Source: a virus. Taken from it: 64,000 bases of DNA. Position numbers and translations under genes: made by a program. Positions 35,147-43,319 of the stretch are shown here, in pieces; position 1 is the first letter of the stretch; the number at the start of each line of letters is the position of its first letter. The stretch lies in IMG/VR virus record IMGVR_UViG_3300020192_000001, positions 3,117 to 67,116 of that record; one strand, given 5' to 3'. The notes below the pieces were generated by a model. The model was not told the origin of the DNA and ran no database searches. It saw nothing but the letters and a program-made list of their open reading frames with translations.

Positions 35147-35671
35147 ATGAGCTTCGTCTGTGAAATTCTAAAAGCTGTCCCTGGATATGAGGGCCGTTAT
35201 GAAGTGTCTAACCTGGGTTACGTTCGTAGTATTTCCCGATACACAGGGCACCAGAACATCCGTGGTCGGAAGCTCAAAGGGTTTCACAACAATGCAGGCT
35301 ACCTGCATGTGAATCTCTGGATCAGCAACGTCTCCCATAAAGACTCAGTTCATCGATTAGTCTGCACTGCGTTCAATGGGACAACGGAAATACAACGCCC
35401 CGAAGTGAACCACAAAGACGGTAATAAGAATAATAATGCCGCTAGCAATCTGGAGTGGATCACCAGAAAGGAAAATCAACTCCATGCGGCAGATTTGAAT
35501 TTGAAGCCCCACGGAGAAAGTTCCCACCTTGCGAAATTGACACTTGATCAAGTAGTTGAAATCCGAGGGCTCAAAGGAACAGCACCACAAAAAACCATCG
35601 GGGCAGCCTTTGGAGTATCTCAAACCTGCATTTCCAAAATCTTCCGCAATCAAAAGTGGAGGAACAACTAA
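35147..35671 (+). CDS. NUMOD4-HNH homing endonuclease
   Basis: VPGYEGRYEVSNLGYVRS, VHRLV..AF and VNHKDGNKNNN..SNLEW motifs; lower GC. Confidence 0.92.
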   Translation: MSFVCEILKAVPGYEGRYEVSNLGYVRSISRYTGHQNIRGRKLKGFHNNAGYLHVNLWISNVSHKDSVHRLVCTAFNGTTEIQRPEVNHKDGNKNNNAASNLEWITRKENQLHAADLNLKPHGESSHLAKLTLDQVVEIRGLKGTAPQKTIGAAFGVSQTCISKIFRNQKWRNN

Positions 35672-35683
35672 CCAAAAAAACAC

Positions 35684-36757
35684 ATGAATGAACAAACCAC
35701 TGAACTGATAATCCATCCCGCACGCCCGACGTCCTCTGGACAAATGACCGCATTTTCTTCTGAGAATGCCTTCGAAGCGGCGCAACGAATGGCAAAAGCC
35801 CTATGCTCTTCAAATCTGGTCCCGGAATCTTTTCGCGGCCCTAACAATATCGGCAGCGTCCTCATTGCGCTGGAAATCTCTCAGCGACTTGGGGCATCCC
35901 CGCTGATGATTATGCAAAACCTGAATGTCATCCACGGTCGCCCGTCTTGGTCGTCTCAGTTCATTATTGCTGCGCTCAATAGCTGCGGACGATTCAGTCC
36001 TCTGCGATATGAAATGACAGGAGAAGGAGACAACCGGACGTGCATTGCTTGGGTTGTTGACCTCGCCGCCGGAGAACGGCTTGACGGTCCCCCTGTCTCA
36101 ATCGCAATAGCCAAAAAAGAAGGCTGGTTCCAAAAGAGCGGATCCAAATGGCAAACCATGCCGGAACTGATGCTTCGCTATCGCGCGGCAGCATTCTTTG
36201 GACGCCTCTATGCTCCAGATATTTTGATGGGAATGCAGTCGGATGATGAAGTCTTGGATGTTGGCCCACCAAAACACCGCACAGCTATTGCGTCGGCTTC
36301 GATCCCAACTATCGAAGTGCAAGAAGTGCAGGCATTGCCTGCGCCACCGCTGACGGGTGGAGAAGGCATTCCAAGTGCGCAAACTGCACCCGAGGTTGAG
36401 ACCAAAGCAGCCCAATCCACTGGAGCCGTAGCCGTCAAACCCGCAGTTCCCGCCGAAAAGGCAGCCAAGGCCAAGGTGCTGGAGAAAAAGCCCGCCGCGA
36501 AAAAAGAGCCTGAGCCTGAGCCCGAAGCCCTCTCCGAAATCGCCGCCAAGGGGAAAAAGATGGTGGAGGACGCAGGGCACACCGTAGCGGACTTCATTCG
36601 CGCGGCCCAGGCCAACGACTGGCTTGCCAAGGAATTCGACCCCGACACCACGAGCATTGCCGCCTTCGGCGACGAAAACCTCGTAGAATACACCAGCGAT
36701 CAAAACTGGCAGACTGTCGTTGACGAAATGAAACTCATCGTGGACGCCGCCAAATGA
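35684..36757 (+). CDS. RecT-like single-strand annealing recombinase
   Basis: S.LVP..F, MQNL.VIHGRPSW and SKWQTMPELMLRYRA motifs. Confidence 0.75.
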   Translation: MNEQTTELIIHPARPTSSGQMTAFSSENAFEAAQRMAKALCSSNLVPESFRGPNNIGSVLIALEISQRLGASPLMIMQNLNVIHGRPSWSSQFIIAALNSCGRFSPLRYEMTGEGDNRTCIAWVVDLAAGERLDGPPVSIAIAKKEGWFQKSGSKWQTMPELMLRYRAAAFFGRLYAPDILMGMQSDDEVLDVGPPKHRTAIASASIPTIEVQEVQALPAPPLTGGEGIPSAQTAPEVETKAAQSTGAVAVKPAVPAEKAAKAKVLEKKPAAKKEPEPEPEALSEIAAKGKKMVEDAGHTVADFIRAAQANDWLAKEFDPDTTSIAAFGDENLVEYTSDQNWQTVVDEMKLIVDAAK

Positions 36758-37518
36758 GTGCCATCGTCGTAAAAAATATAGATAATGTCCTCCCCTCTTG
36801 TACGGCGGAGTACGAGCTACTCAAGGCACAAGCTTTGGTAGTCTGCCGCGCTGTGGTGGCCGTAACAGAGGCCGAGTCGCAGCAGATAGCCGTGTCCGCC
36901 GTGGGCAAGATTAAGGGATTGCTGAAAATGGTGGAAACCAGCCGAGTGGACGTAAAGGCCCCCGTGCTGAAACTCTGCAAGGACATTGACGCCTTCGCAA
37001 AAGCCCTCGTTGCCGAATTGGAGGAAGAGGCGGGGCGCATCGAGAAAACACTGATCCGGCCCTACGTGCAGGTTGAGCAGGAGAAGGCGGCAGCCCGCCA
37101 GCGACTGGCCGACGATCTGGCGCGCAAGCAGCGCGAGAAAGCCGAGGCACAGGCCAGAGAGGCAGAGGCCGAACGCCAACGGTTCTTGCGGGAGGCGCAG
37201 GCCGCCACCAGCGCAGCCGAGGCGCAAGCCCTCGCCGCCGCCGCCCAAGCCAAGGCGGAGGAAGCCGCCGCCGCAACCGAGCGGATGGAAAACACTCAGG
37301 CCCGCGTCGTAGCGGCACCAGCCAAAGCCGCTGGCATGACCGTGCGCAAGGTCTGGCGGTTTGAGGTGACGGACATCGCAGCCCTTTATAAGGCGCGTCC
37401 ATCGCTCTGTGTGCTCCAAGAAAGCGCAAGCGCAATCAACGCCGAGATGCGGGGAGGGATGCGCCAATGCGCAGGACTCCGCATCTGGGAAGAAGTGGGA
37501 ACCACCGTGCGGGCGTGA
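36754..37518 (+). CDS. Coiled-coil phage protein (Gam/Gp157-like)
   Basis: KAPVL...K.ID, Ala-rich coil, RKVWRFEV.D...GLRIWEE. Confidence 0.55.
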   Translation: MSAIVVKNIDNVLPSCTAEYELLKAQALVVCRAVVAVTEAESQQIAVSAVGKIKGLLKMVETSRVDVKAPVLKLCKDIDAFAKALVAELEEEAGRIEKTLIRPYVQVEQEKAAARQRLADDLARKQREKAEAQAREAEAERQRFLREAQAATSAAEAQALAAAAQAKAEEAAAATERMENTQARVVAAPAKAAGMTVRKVWRFEVTDIAALYKARPSLCVLQESASAINAEMRGGMRQCAGLRIWEEVGTTVRA

Positions 37519-37558
37519 TGCCCCGATTTGTTAGCGACCAACACCGAAAGAACCAAAA

Positions 37559-37897
37559 ATGCAAACAGTAACAGTATATGGTGCAAGTGATGACCTCATT
37601 GAAATCGAGGGGGACATCCGAGACGAAATCAGCGCAGACAGTGACATGCCGTGCAAGCTGGCATTCTCGGATGGGACTGTCCTTAACGTGGTATATGACG
37701 AAGATGGATGCTGGAGAGTAACCCGCATCGCCGCAGGAACGGCCGCAATGCAGAAGATCGAAGCCGAAGGGTCGGACACTGACAACTATTCCGACCGAGT
37801 TACTCTCAATGGTGACATCAAATGGGTGGTGGCAGGGTACTGTATTACAAAAGTTGAACCAACCAGCGGCGTGGCTGAGATGGAGGCACGACCATGA
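37559..37897 (+). CDS. Conserved-looking phage hypothetical protein
   Basis: VTVYGASDDLIEIEGDI motif. Confidence 0.7.
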   Translation: MQTVTVYGASDDLIEIEGDIRDEISADSDMPCKLAFSDGTVLNVVYDEDGCWRVTRIAAGTAAMQKIEAEGSDTDNYSDRVTLNGDIKWVVAGYCITKVEPTSGVAEMEARP

Positions 37898-38562
37898 GTG
37901 CGCCGTTGCCGACGCATGGTGCGGTGGTCGAAATCAATATGACGGACGGCTACATCAACACGCTCTTCAAGGCTACTAATTTTGGTCCTCAGGGAGAAAC
38001 TCCGAGAGGCCGACGCGGACTGATGGTCGAGTGTGTCCTGAAATATGCCAGCCTCTACGTAGACGGCAGCACGATAACCAATATATGCAAAAAGGCCGGA
38101 CTCATTGGCGATTGCGGCGCAACGCACGCTGGGATTCGCTGGGCATTCAAGCAAATGTACCGGAGCGGTGGAACAACGATCATAGAGCGACTCCATCCGC
38201 CGAACGTCGAGTCTTGGCAGCCCCACCCGAACCACAATAAATCTATGTCACAAAATCAAACGCCTGAATCACCGCAACCCGTAGCCGAAGCTGAGAGCTT
38301 GGTGGGGGTTGCCAACGACGTCTTGTTAGCACTAAGGATTCGCTCTTTGATAGCGGACAAGGAAATGGTCACGGCGACGGCTAATTTGGACCTTGCAAGA
38401 GGCGGGGAATGGCGACTCGACTATTCTGCATGGCAGGGGCAACTCAACGTGGAGATCGACGCTTTGTTTTCTGAGGCTAACGTCCGCGATCACCGGCAGC
38501 CGCTTGCTTCTGGCGCGGGGGATGCGGGCACCCATGCAATCCAGGGGGAGGAGTCACGATGA
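37894..38562 (+). CDS. Chimeric ORF reading through an attC (internal ATG 38245)
   Basis: No stop in attC 38199-38331, so two cassette ORFs are fused. Confidence 0.5.
   Translation: MSAPLPTHGAVVEINMTDGYINTLFKATNFGPQGETPRGRRGLMVECVLKYASLYVDGSTITNICKKAGLIGDCGATHAGIRWAFKQMYRSGGTTIIERLHPPNVESWQPHPNHNKSMSQNQTPESPQPVAEAESLVGVANDVLLALRIRSLIADKEMVTATANLDLARGGEWRLDYSAWQGQLNVEIDALFSEANVRDHRQPLASGAGDAGTHAIQGEESR
38199..38331 (-). repeat. attC-like site
   Basis: GCCGAAC gtcgagtcttggcagccccacc...ggtgggggttgccaacgacgtctt GTTAGCA. Confidence 0.85.
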
Positions 38563-38638
38563 ATCTCCCCGACAAGAAAGCATCCCCCGTGCCAGAAGTG
38601 CCGAAGGCACGGCTGTTTGGTGCATCGCTTTGTTCGCG
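38475..38638 (-). repeat. Long attC-like site (AACGTCCGCGATCAC family)
   Basis: GGCTAAC...GTTCGCG; near-identical to 38975-39138. Confidence 0.9.
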
Positions 38639-39062
38639 TTTTTCCTCTTCATTCACACGCAATCTCCCGCTTGCCATCTGGATAATATACCCATCGTTCC
38701 CAATCCGTTGGTTTCGGCCCTCGCTGCACAATGTAGAGAAACTTACCGTTGATCGCCTTTGCGATCTCTGCATTGACGGTGTGTATCCATTCGATATAGC
38801 GAGGAATAATCTCTCTCGCTGGCTTCCCCGCCCATTCTATCTTTTGAGCCTGAACCTGATTCCGACTCTTAAGATACTGAGAAACATCGAAATGAATTGT
38901 GACGGAAACGCCGCCACCAAAGTCGCATTGAAATGTGAGAATATCGTTCATGTTGAAAGCGCGACTATATTTTCAGCGAACGTCCGCGATCACCAGCAGC
39001 CGCCTGCTTCTGGCGCGGGGGATGCAGGCACCCATGCAATCCAGGGGGAGGAGTCACGATGA
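38559..39062 (+). CDS. Antisense read-through ORF
   Basis: attC loop to attC loop, stop-free opposite 38649-38951. Confidence 0.4.
   Translation: MNLPDKKASPVPEVPKARLFGASLCSRFSSSFTRNLPLAIWIIYPSFPIRWFRPSLHNVEKLTVDRLCDLCIDGVYPFDIARNNLSRWLPRPFYLLSLNLIPTLKILRNIEMNCDGNAATKVALKCENIVHVESATIFSANVRDHQQPPASGAGDAGTHAIQGEESR
38649..38951 (-). CDS. Hypothetical protein (canonical cassette gene)
   Basis: 100 aa filling the cassette; stop just before attC. Confidence 0.65.
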   Translation of the reverse strand: MNDILTFQCDFGGGVSVTIHFDVSQYLKSRNQVQAQKIEWAGKPAREIIPRYIEWIHTVNAEIAKAINGKFLYIVQRGPKPTDWERWVYYPDGKREIACE

Positions 39063-39138
39063 ATCTCCCCGACAAGAAAGCATCCCCCGTGCCAGAAGTG
39101 CCGAAGGCACGGCTGTTTGGTGGATCGCTCTGTTCGCA
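38975..39138 (-). repeat. Long attC-like site (AACGTCCGCGATCAC family)
   Basis: AGCGAAC...GTTCGCA. Confidence 0.9.
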
Positions 39139-39757
39139 TTTATTCTCGTTATTCTTCGATTGTTTTGATGTGGGCACCGTGAGGTCTCTTAGGAATAGCC
39201 GAGACAATATCGTGTATAGTGGGCTTCCCCCAGAGATGGTTAAGGAAGTGGACATGCGATCCGCCGATGAAATGGCCATCATCGCGACTGTCACGGGTAT
39301 CAAACGTAAGAAGGTGCCATATATCAGGTTTGTGAGCGCACACAAAGAAATGAAAAATGGCTCTTCCAGAATCCTTGGTAAGTTGATTGTAAAGCTGGCT
39401 AAGATCGTGCGGTGTTCCGATCTTCTCGCGAGCATTCACCCAAAGATGGTCAACGTTATTGTCCTCGAAGACGGGTGTGTGGAGATATCCGAGAGACCCG
39501 CACCCAATAATCATATGGGATATGTCCGAGTGTCGGAGTGTAAGTTGATGACAGAACTTCATCGCTTCGCGCTTCTTGGTTATGGCGAAAAGCTCCGTAA
39601 GATTCTCGGGAGGGCGATTTTTGTAAAACTCGAAAAATGCATCAATCACGGAAATTTGGATGACCTTATATTTTCAGCGAACGTCCCCGGTCAGGAATCC
39701 CCGCCTGCTTCTGGCGTGGGAGATGCAGGCAACCAATCACAAAAACCAACCAAATAA
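39059..39757 (+). CDS. Antisense read-through ORF
   Basis: 232 stop-free codons opposite 39149-39649. Confidence 0.4.
   Translation: MNLPDKKASPVPEVPKARLFGGSLCSHLFSLFFDCFDVGTVRSLRNSRDNIVYSGLPPEMVKEVDMRSADEMAIIATVTGIKRKKVPYIRFVSAHKEMKNGSSRILGKLIVKLAKIVRCSDLLASIHPKMVNVIVLEDGCVEISERPAPNNHMGYVRVSECKLMTELHRFALLGYGEKLRKILGRAIFVKLEKCINHGNLDDLIFSANVPGQESPPASGVGDAGNQSQKPTK
39149..39649 (-). CDS. Hypothetical protein (canonical cassette gene)
   Basis: 166 aa; WHLLTFD.RD...HF.GGSHVHFLNHLW; lower GC. Confidence 0.7.
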   Translation of the reverse strand: MIDAFFEFYKNRPPENLTELFAITKKREAMKFCHQLTLRHSDISHMIIGCGSLGYLHTPVFEDNNVDHLWVNAREKIGTPHDLSQLYNQLTKDSGRAIFHFFVCAHKPDIWHLLTFDTRDSRDDGHFIGGSHVHFLNHLWGKPTIHDIVSAIPKRPHGAHIKTIEE

Positions 39758-39843
39758 TAAAACATCATGAAAAACGAAAATAGCGCATCTCCCATGCCAG
39801 AAGTCCCGGAGGGACGGGGATTTGCTGGACCGGTCTGTTCGCG
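39676..39843 (-). repeat. Long attC-like site (related family)
   Basis: AGCGAAC gtccccggtcaggaatccccg...cggggatttgctggaccggtct GTTCGCG, with compensatory changes relative to 38975. Confidence 0.88.
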
Positions 39844-40102
39844 CCTCATTTTTTTACTTCCTGAAAGTGGTAGTGATACAATGGAGCACTCTGGCAATCG
39901 GCAAACTCTCTACAGTCAATTATCTCGTTGGTATCCTCTGCTTTCAGACTTATATGGCAGTTGGGAAAAATATCCAGAAGCACGGAAGGGGTGGGAAAAA
40001 AGACTGAATTTTCCCCTTGAAGCCGGAATTCTCCAATGGATTTCGGAAGGCCGTCCACGTAAAGAGTGGCCTCGCGAAGATGAACTAAGGGCTCGGCGAT
40101 GA
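39767..40102 (+). CDS. Antisense read-through ORF
   Basis: Starts in attC loop; ATGA relay at 40099. Confidence 0.35.
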   Translation: MKNENSASPMPEVPEGRGFAGPVCSRLIFLLPESGSDTMEHSGNRQTLYSQLSRWYPLLSDLYGSWEKYPEARKGWEKRLNFPLEAGILQWISEGRPRKEWPREDELRARR

Positions 40103-40136
40103 CTAAGTTGCACAATTCAGAATCGAATTCATTCAT
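39846..40136 (-). CDS. Hypothetical protein (canonical cassette gene)
   Basis: 96 aa filling the cassette; stop abuts attC. Confidence 0.65.
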   Translation of the reverse strand: MNEFDSELCNLVIAEPLVHLREATLYVDGLPKSIGEFRLQGENSVFFPTPSVLLDIFPNCHISLKAEDTNEIIDCREFADCQSAPLYHYHFQEVKK

Positions 40137-40848
40137 GGTTAATCAGGGGGTTATTATTTCTGCGAACGTCCGCGATCACCGGCACCTACCCGCTGGCGCG
40201 ACGGGTGCCGGGAGCGAAGCGACCAAGCACTCGGCGTGCCAGCGGGTAGGTGTTCGGTGGATCGCATTGTTGGCATTTTTATTTTATGTGCCGCTCAATC
40301 TCGCCCAGGGCAGCCAAAACAGCCTTGTGCTTAAATGTGACGTTCTCTCCCACCGATTCCAAAAGAACGGAGTCGAAATTGGTGTCGCTCATCACTCTGA
40401 AATCAAGGGAGCGGTAATCAACCCAAGCCTGAATAATCTCCTTCTGGCGCGACTTCGAGAACAAGGGGATACTGGTGAAGACGGCCTTCTTCAAATCATC
40501 GAAAGTAGCTTTGTAGGACGTTTCTCCGTCCTCGGAGGATTCCACCAAATCTCTTATCATTTCGATCTGGGAGCGGACTCCGTTGATGGAACGCCTACGG
40601 TCCAAATGACAGGCAAACCAGAACCCGAGCATGGACGAAGCGAGCCATCCAATCGGGATAATAATATCCTTGGCGGTGATAAAGCAGGCGAGGAGTGGTG
40701 GAAGGATCATACAATCTGGTATTCTTGGTATCCCGCAGTCTTCTTTGCGTTGTGCATCGCGTATCTAAAAATCACTGACGAACTCCGCTGGCAGTGGAAG
40801 TGGAATTGGGGGCCATGGTGGAGAAAGCGTTTTTCTTCTGCCAACTAA
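40099..40848 (+). CDS. Antisense read-through ORF across attC and last cassette
   Basis: Reads AAC 40165 and AAC 40843 in frame; stops 4 bp before ATG 40853. Confidence 0.4.
   Translation: MTKLHNSESNSFMVNQGVIISANVRDHRHLPAGATGAGSEATKHSACQRVGVRWIALLAFLFYVPLNLAQGSQNSLVLKCDVLSHRFQKNGVEIGVAHHSEIKGAVINPSLNNLLLARLREQGDTGEDGLLQIIESSFVGRFSVLGGFHQISYHFDLGADSVDGTPTVQMTGKPEPEHGRSEPSNRDNNILGGDKAGEEWWKDHTIWYSWYPAVFFALCIAYLKITDELRWQWKWNWGPWWRKRFSSAN
40161..40275 (-). repeat. attC-like site (AACGTCCGCGATCAC family)
   Basis: TGCGAAC gtccgcgatcaccggcacctacccgctggc...gccagcgggtaggtgttcggtggatcgcatt GTTGGCA. Confidence 0.9.
40279..40710 (-). CDS. Membrane-anchored hypothetical protein (canonical cassette gene)
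   Basis: N-terminal TM then helical domain; stop abuts attC. Confidence 0.65.
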   Translation of the reverse strand: MILPPLLACFITAKDIIIPIGWLASSMLGFWFACHLDRRRSINGVRSQIEMIRDLVESSEDGETSYKATFDDLKKAVFTSIPLFSKSRQKEIIQAWVDYRSLDFRVMSDTNFDSVLLESVGENVTFKHKAVLAALGEIERHIK

Positions 40849-40852
40849 TATT

Positions 40853-41797
40853 ATGCCAAGCACATATAGAGAAGCAGGCGAGGAAGTCTGCGCCCTTGCA
40901 AAAATCCTCATGATCAAGTACCATCAGGAACTTGACGAGGCCGGGGTTAAGGTGGACTTCTGCTTTGCCTTCGGGGAACTGGACGAACAGAGCGAGAAGA
41001 AGGCCCCGGCAATTATGCAAAACGGCTATCGAGCCCTTGGAGTGCCCCGCAAGCTCAGCCTCAAAGACAGGGTGATGGGGCGCGGTGACTGCGAGATCAC
41101 GCTCGACGGAGACGAGTGGCCTAGAATGTCGCCCGAAGAGCAGGCGGCCTTGCTTGATCACGAACTTGAACACTTCGAGTGCGCCCGCGACAAGACCGGC
41201 GGGTTCATTTTTGACGATATTGGCCGTCCTGTCCTTAAGCTGCGAATCCACGACCGGCAGATGGGATGGTTCGACAACATCGCTTCGCGTCACGGCCTCG
41301 CGAGCACAGAGATTAAGGACTTCCGCAAGCTCTTCTCGGAAGGCGGAAACACGTATGTTCCCTATGTTTCCTACGAGGGGGCATTGCTGGAAGATCATCA
41401 CAAGTCACTGCATCCGCCGGAAGATCCCAAGCCGCCGGCCGCCATCAGAAAGCTCGTCCCGAAGCGGAAGGACGGCCCAGAACCGGAGCCGGAAATGAAA
41501 ATGACGGTCAGTGTGAACGGCGGCCCCGCCCGCGAGATGAACAGCCAGGAACTCACCAAGGACATTCAATCGAACTTCTTTCATACCCAGCCGGATGGCG
41601 ACGAGGAAATTCTAAAAAATGCCATCGCAACCATCAAGGCGGAGGGACGGGCTTCCGTTGCGCTCCTGCAAAGCCGAATGCGAATTGGCTTCGCCACGGC
41701 ATCCCGGATGATTGATACCTTAGTGCAACGGCGGATTATTCGCCCCAAGGCAGGCTCCGACGACTACGAGATTGATGGCGTGGAGGAGGCACAATGA
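40853..41797 (+). CDS. Phage metallopeptidase-like protein fused to FtsK-gamma domain
   Basis: ALLDHELEH and R.HD motifs; C-terminal RASVALLQSRMRIGFATASRMIDTL winged helix. Confidence 0.75.
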   Translation: MPSTYREAGEEVCALAKILMIKYHQELDEAGVKVDFCFAFGELDEQSEKKAPAIMQNGYRALGVPRKLSLKDRVMGRGDCEITLDGDEWPRMSPEEQAALLDHELEHFECARDKTGGFIFDDIGRPVLKLRIHDRQMGWFDNIASRHGLASTEIKDFRKLFSEGGNTYVPYVSYEGALLEDHHKSLHPPEDPKPPAAIRKLVPKRKDGPEPEPEMKMTVSVNGGPAREMNSQELTKDIQSNFFHTQPDGDEEILKNAIATIKAEGRASVALLQSRMRIGFATASRMIDTLVQRRIIRPKAGSDDYEIDGVEEAQ

Positions 41798-43020
41798 TCC
41801 GCGCGCTTACGTCAGCAAGCAACATTGACCGGCGCCAGAAATGCCCCGGCAGTGCGTTCGCTGAAAGCCTTTTTTCCGAGCCGGAAGACAGCGCAGACTC
41901 GAAGGAGGGAACGCTCCTGCACGGCCACAGCGCGGATTCCGACAAGGACCGCGCCGACCTCACCAGTGAACAACGCGAGATCCTCGAAAAGGCCGCTCGC
42001 ACGGACAAGCAGATTTTCTCGGCTCTACATACCTCCTGCAACATGCCGGAGGATGAACCCTTCGACGAAGGGAACGAACGCGAGATGTGGTTTTTCCGTG
42101 GATTGAAAAAACTCTTCCCCGGCCATTGTGATTACTGGAGATTCTACCCTCGGACGAAAATCCTTGTCATCATTGACCGGAAATTTGGCCGCAAGGAAGT
42201 GACCCCGGCGGAGGCAAACATGCAGCTCCGCTGTTACGCAGTGATGGGGGCGAAGCTCTGGAACCCCGAGAAAGTCCTTGTGGCAATCAATCAGCCTCGC
42301 CTTGGATTCGAGGCTTGCGTGACGCTCGCTGAATACACCAGCGAGCAAATCCCCGCCGCTCGCGACCATATTCTCCGCGTCTGGGATGGCAGCCACAATG
42401 CCGACGCCTCCCCCCGCGCGGAGGCTGTCCGTGAGTCCGAAGCGCAAGAACAGTGCCGCTACTGCCGCGCCCGCCTGCATTGCGATGCCTACCGCGCGAA
42501 ATATGAGTGGCTGGCCGGTCCGTCGCAGACCGGGAAGGACGCTTTCGTGGCCAAACTCTCAACCCTCACCGATGATGGGCTCGATGCCGTCTGGCGGGCG
42601 GTGGTCTTTGCCAAGTTGATCGAAAAGGAAGCCAAAGCCGAAATCATCGCCCGGCAGCCAGCGGGAGGAATGCCAATGTATGAACTCTCCGACACCGGCA
42701 ACACCTCGACAATCAACGACACGCCCCGCGCGATGCGGTTGCTCCAAAATGCCGGATTGAGCGAGGGGGAGATTATGGATTGCGCCAAGCTGACGAAGGA
42801 AAAACTGGCCGAGAAAATCCAGGTGCGCGAAAGCCTAACGATGGTGGCGGCCAAAAAGCGGCTCAACGCCATCCTTGAGCCGGTCCTCACCATCACGGCC
42901 AAATCTCCGAGTCTCAAACGCATCCCAACGTCTGCGAGAGTGCCCTTGCCGCCAGCGGAAAAACCCGCCGACGCCAGAGTGCTCGACAACGGCACGGACG
43001 ATCAGCTTTTTCCGCGATGA
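41794..43020 (+). CDS. PD-(D/E)XK exonuclease, DUF2800/Cas4-like
   Basis: CPGS, EGT.LH, GHCD, IIDRKFG, N.QL..YA and CRYCRA...C motifs. Confidence 0.8.
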   Translation: MIRALTSASNIDRRQKCPGSAFAESLFSEPEDSADSKEGTLLHGHSADSDKDRADLTSEQREILEKAARTDKQIFSALHTSCNMPEDEPFDEGNEREMWFFRGLKKLFPGHCDYWRFYPRTKILVIIDRKFGRKEVTPAEANMQLRCYAVMGAKLWNPEKVLVAINQPRLGFEACVTLAEYTSEQIPAARDHILRVWDGSHNADASPRAEAVRESEAQEQCRYCRARLHCDAYRAKYEWLAGPSQTGKDAFVAKLSTLTDDGLDAVWRAVVFAKLIEKEAKAEIIARQPAGGMPMYELSDTGNTSTINDTPRAMRLLQNAGLSEGEIMDCAKLTKEKLAEKIQVRESLTMVAAKKRLNAILEPVLTITAKSPSLKRIPTSARVPLPPAEKPADARVLDNGTDDQLFPR

Positions 43021-43319
43021 GCACGGCAAATGACATCCTGGCCGATGAGATCGAGAAAGCAGCGGCCCCGCGACCACTATTGAACCGCAAGGCCGTCCGC
43101 GCCCTTTTGCTGCACGAGTATGCCAACTGGGGCAGAGCACGAACCCGGCACCGAGTAGCCAAGGCCACCTTGGACGAGATCATGGATCACCTCCATACGA
43201 GCGTTACCCGCTTTATCATCGGCCAGGCCAGCCAGGGATTCCCCGGACGGCAGGGCGGGGCGCGTGTGTGCCAGCGGGAGAGAAGAGGAGGACCGCATGA
43301 AGCTGATTCCCAAAGATAA
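43017..43319 (+). CDS. Hypothetical protein
   Basis: ATGA-coupled ORF. Confidence 0.5.
   Translation: MSTANDILADEIEKAAAPRPLLNRKAVRALLLHEYANWGRARTRHRVAKATLDEIMDHLHTSVTRFIIGQASQGFPGRQGGARVCQRERRGGPHEADSQR

Larger units (their letters stand above)
37855..40845 (-). mobile_element. Integron-like cassette array 2
   Basis: Five intact attC sites plus a decayed one at ~37855-37930; cassette ends match 6/7 or 7/7; terminal TGCCAAC at 40839. Confidence 0.88.

Noticed and set aside
35147-35671. HNH gene as part of a group I intron
   Set aside because: It is free-standing between intact genes, with no interrupted host gene evident.
37505-37536. Possible attC right end (gatgccccgatttGTTAGCG)
   Set aside because: No left arm and no matching CGCTAAC cassette end found; at most a remnant.
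41794-43020. Cas4 / CRISPR-Cas association
   Set aside because: Fits a stand-alone phage DUF2800-type exonuclease near a RecT-like gene; no cas genes or array.
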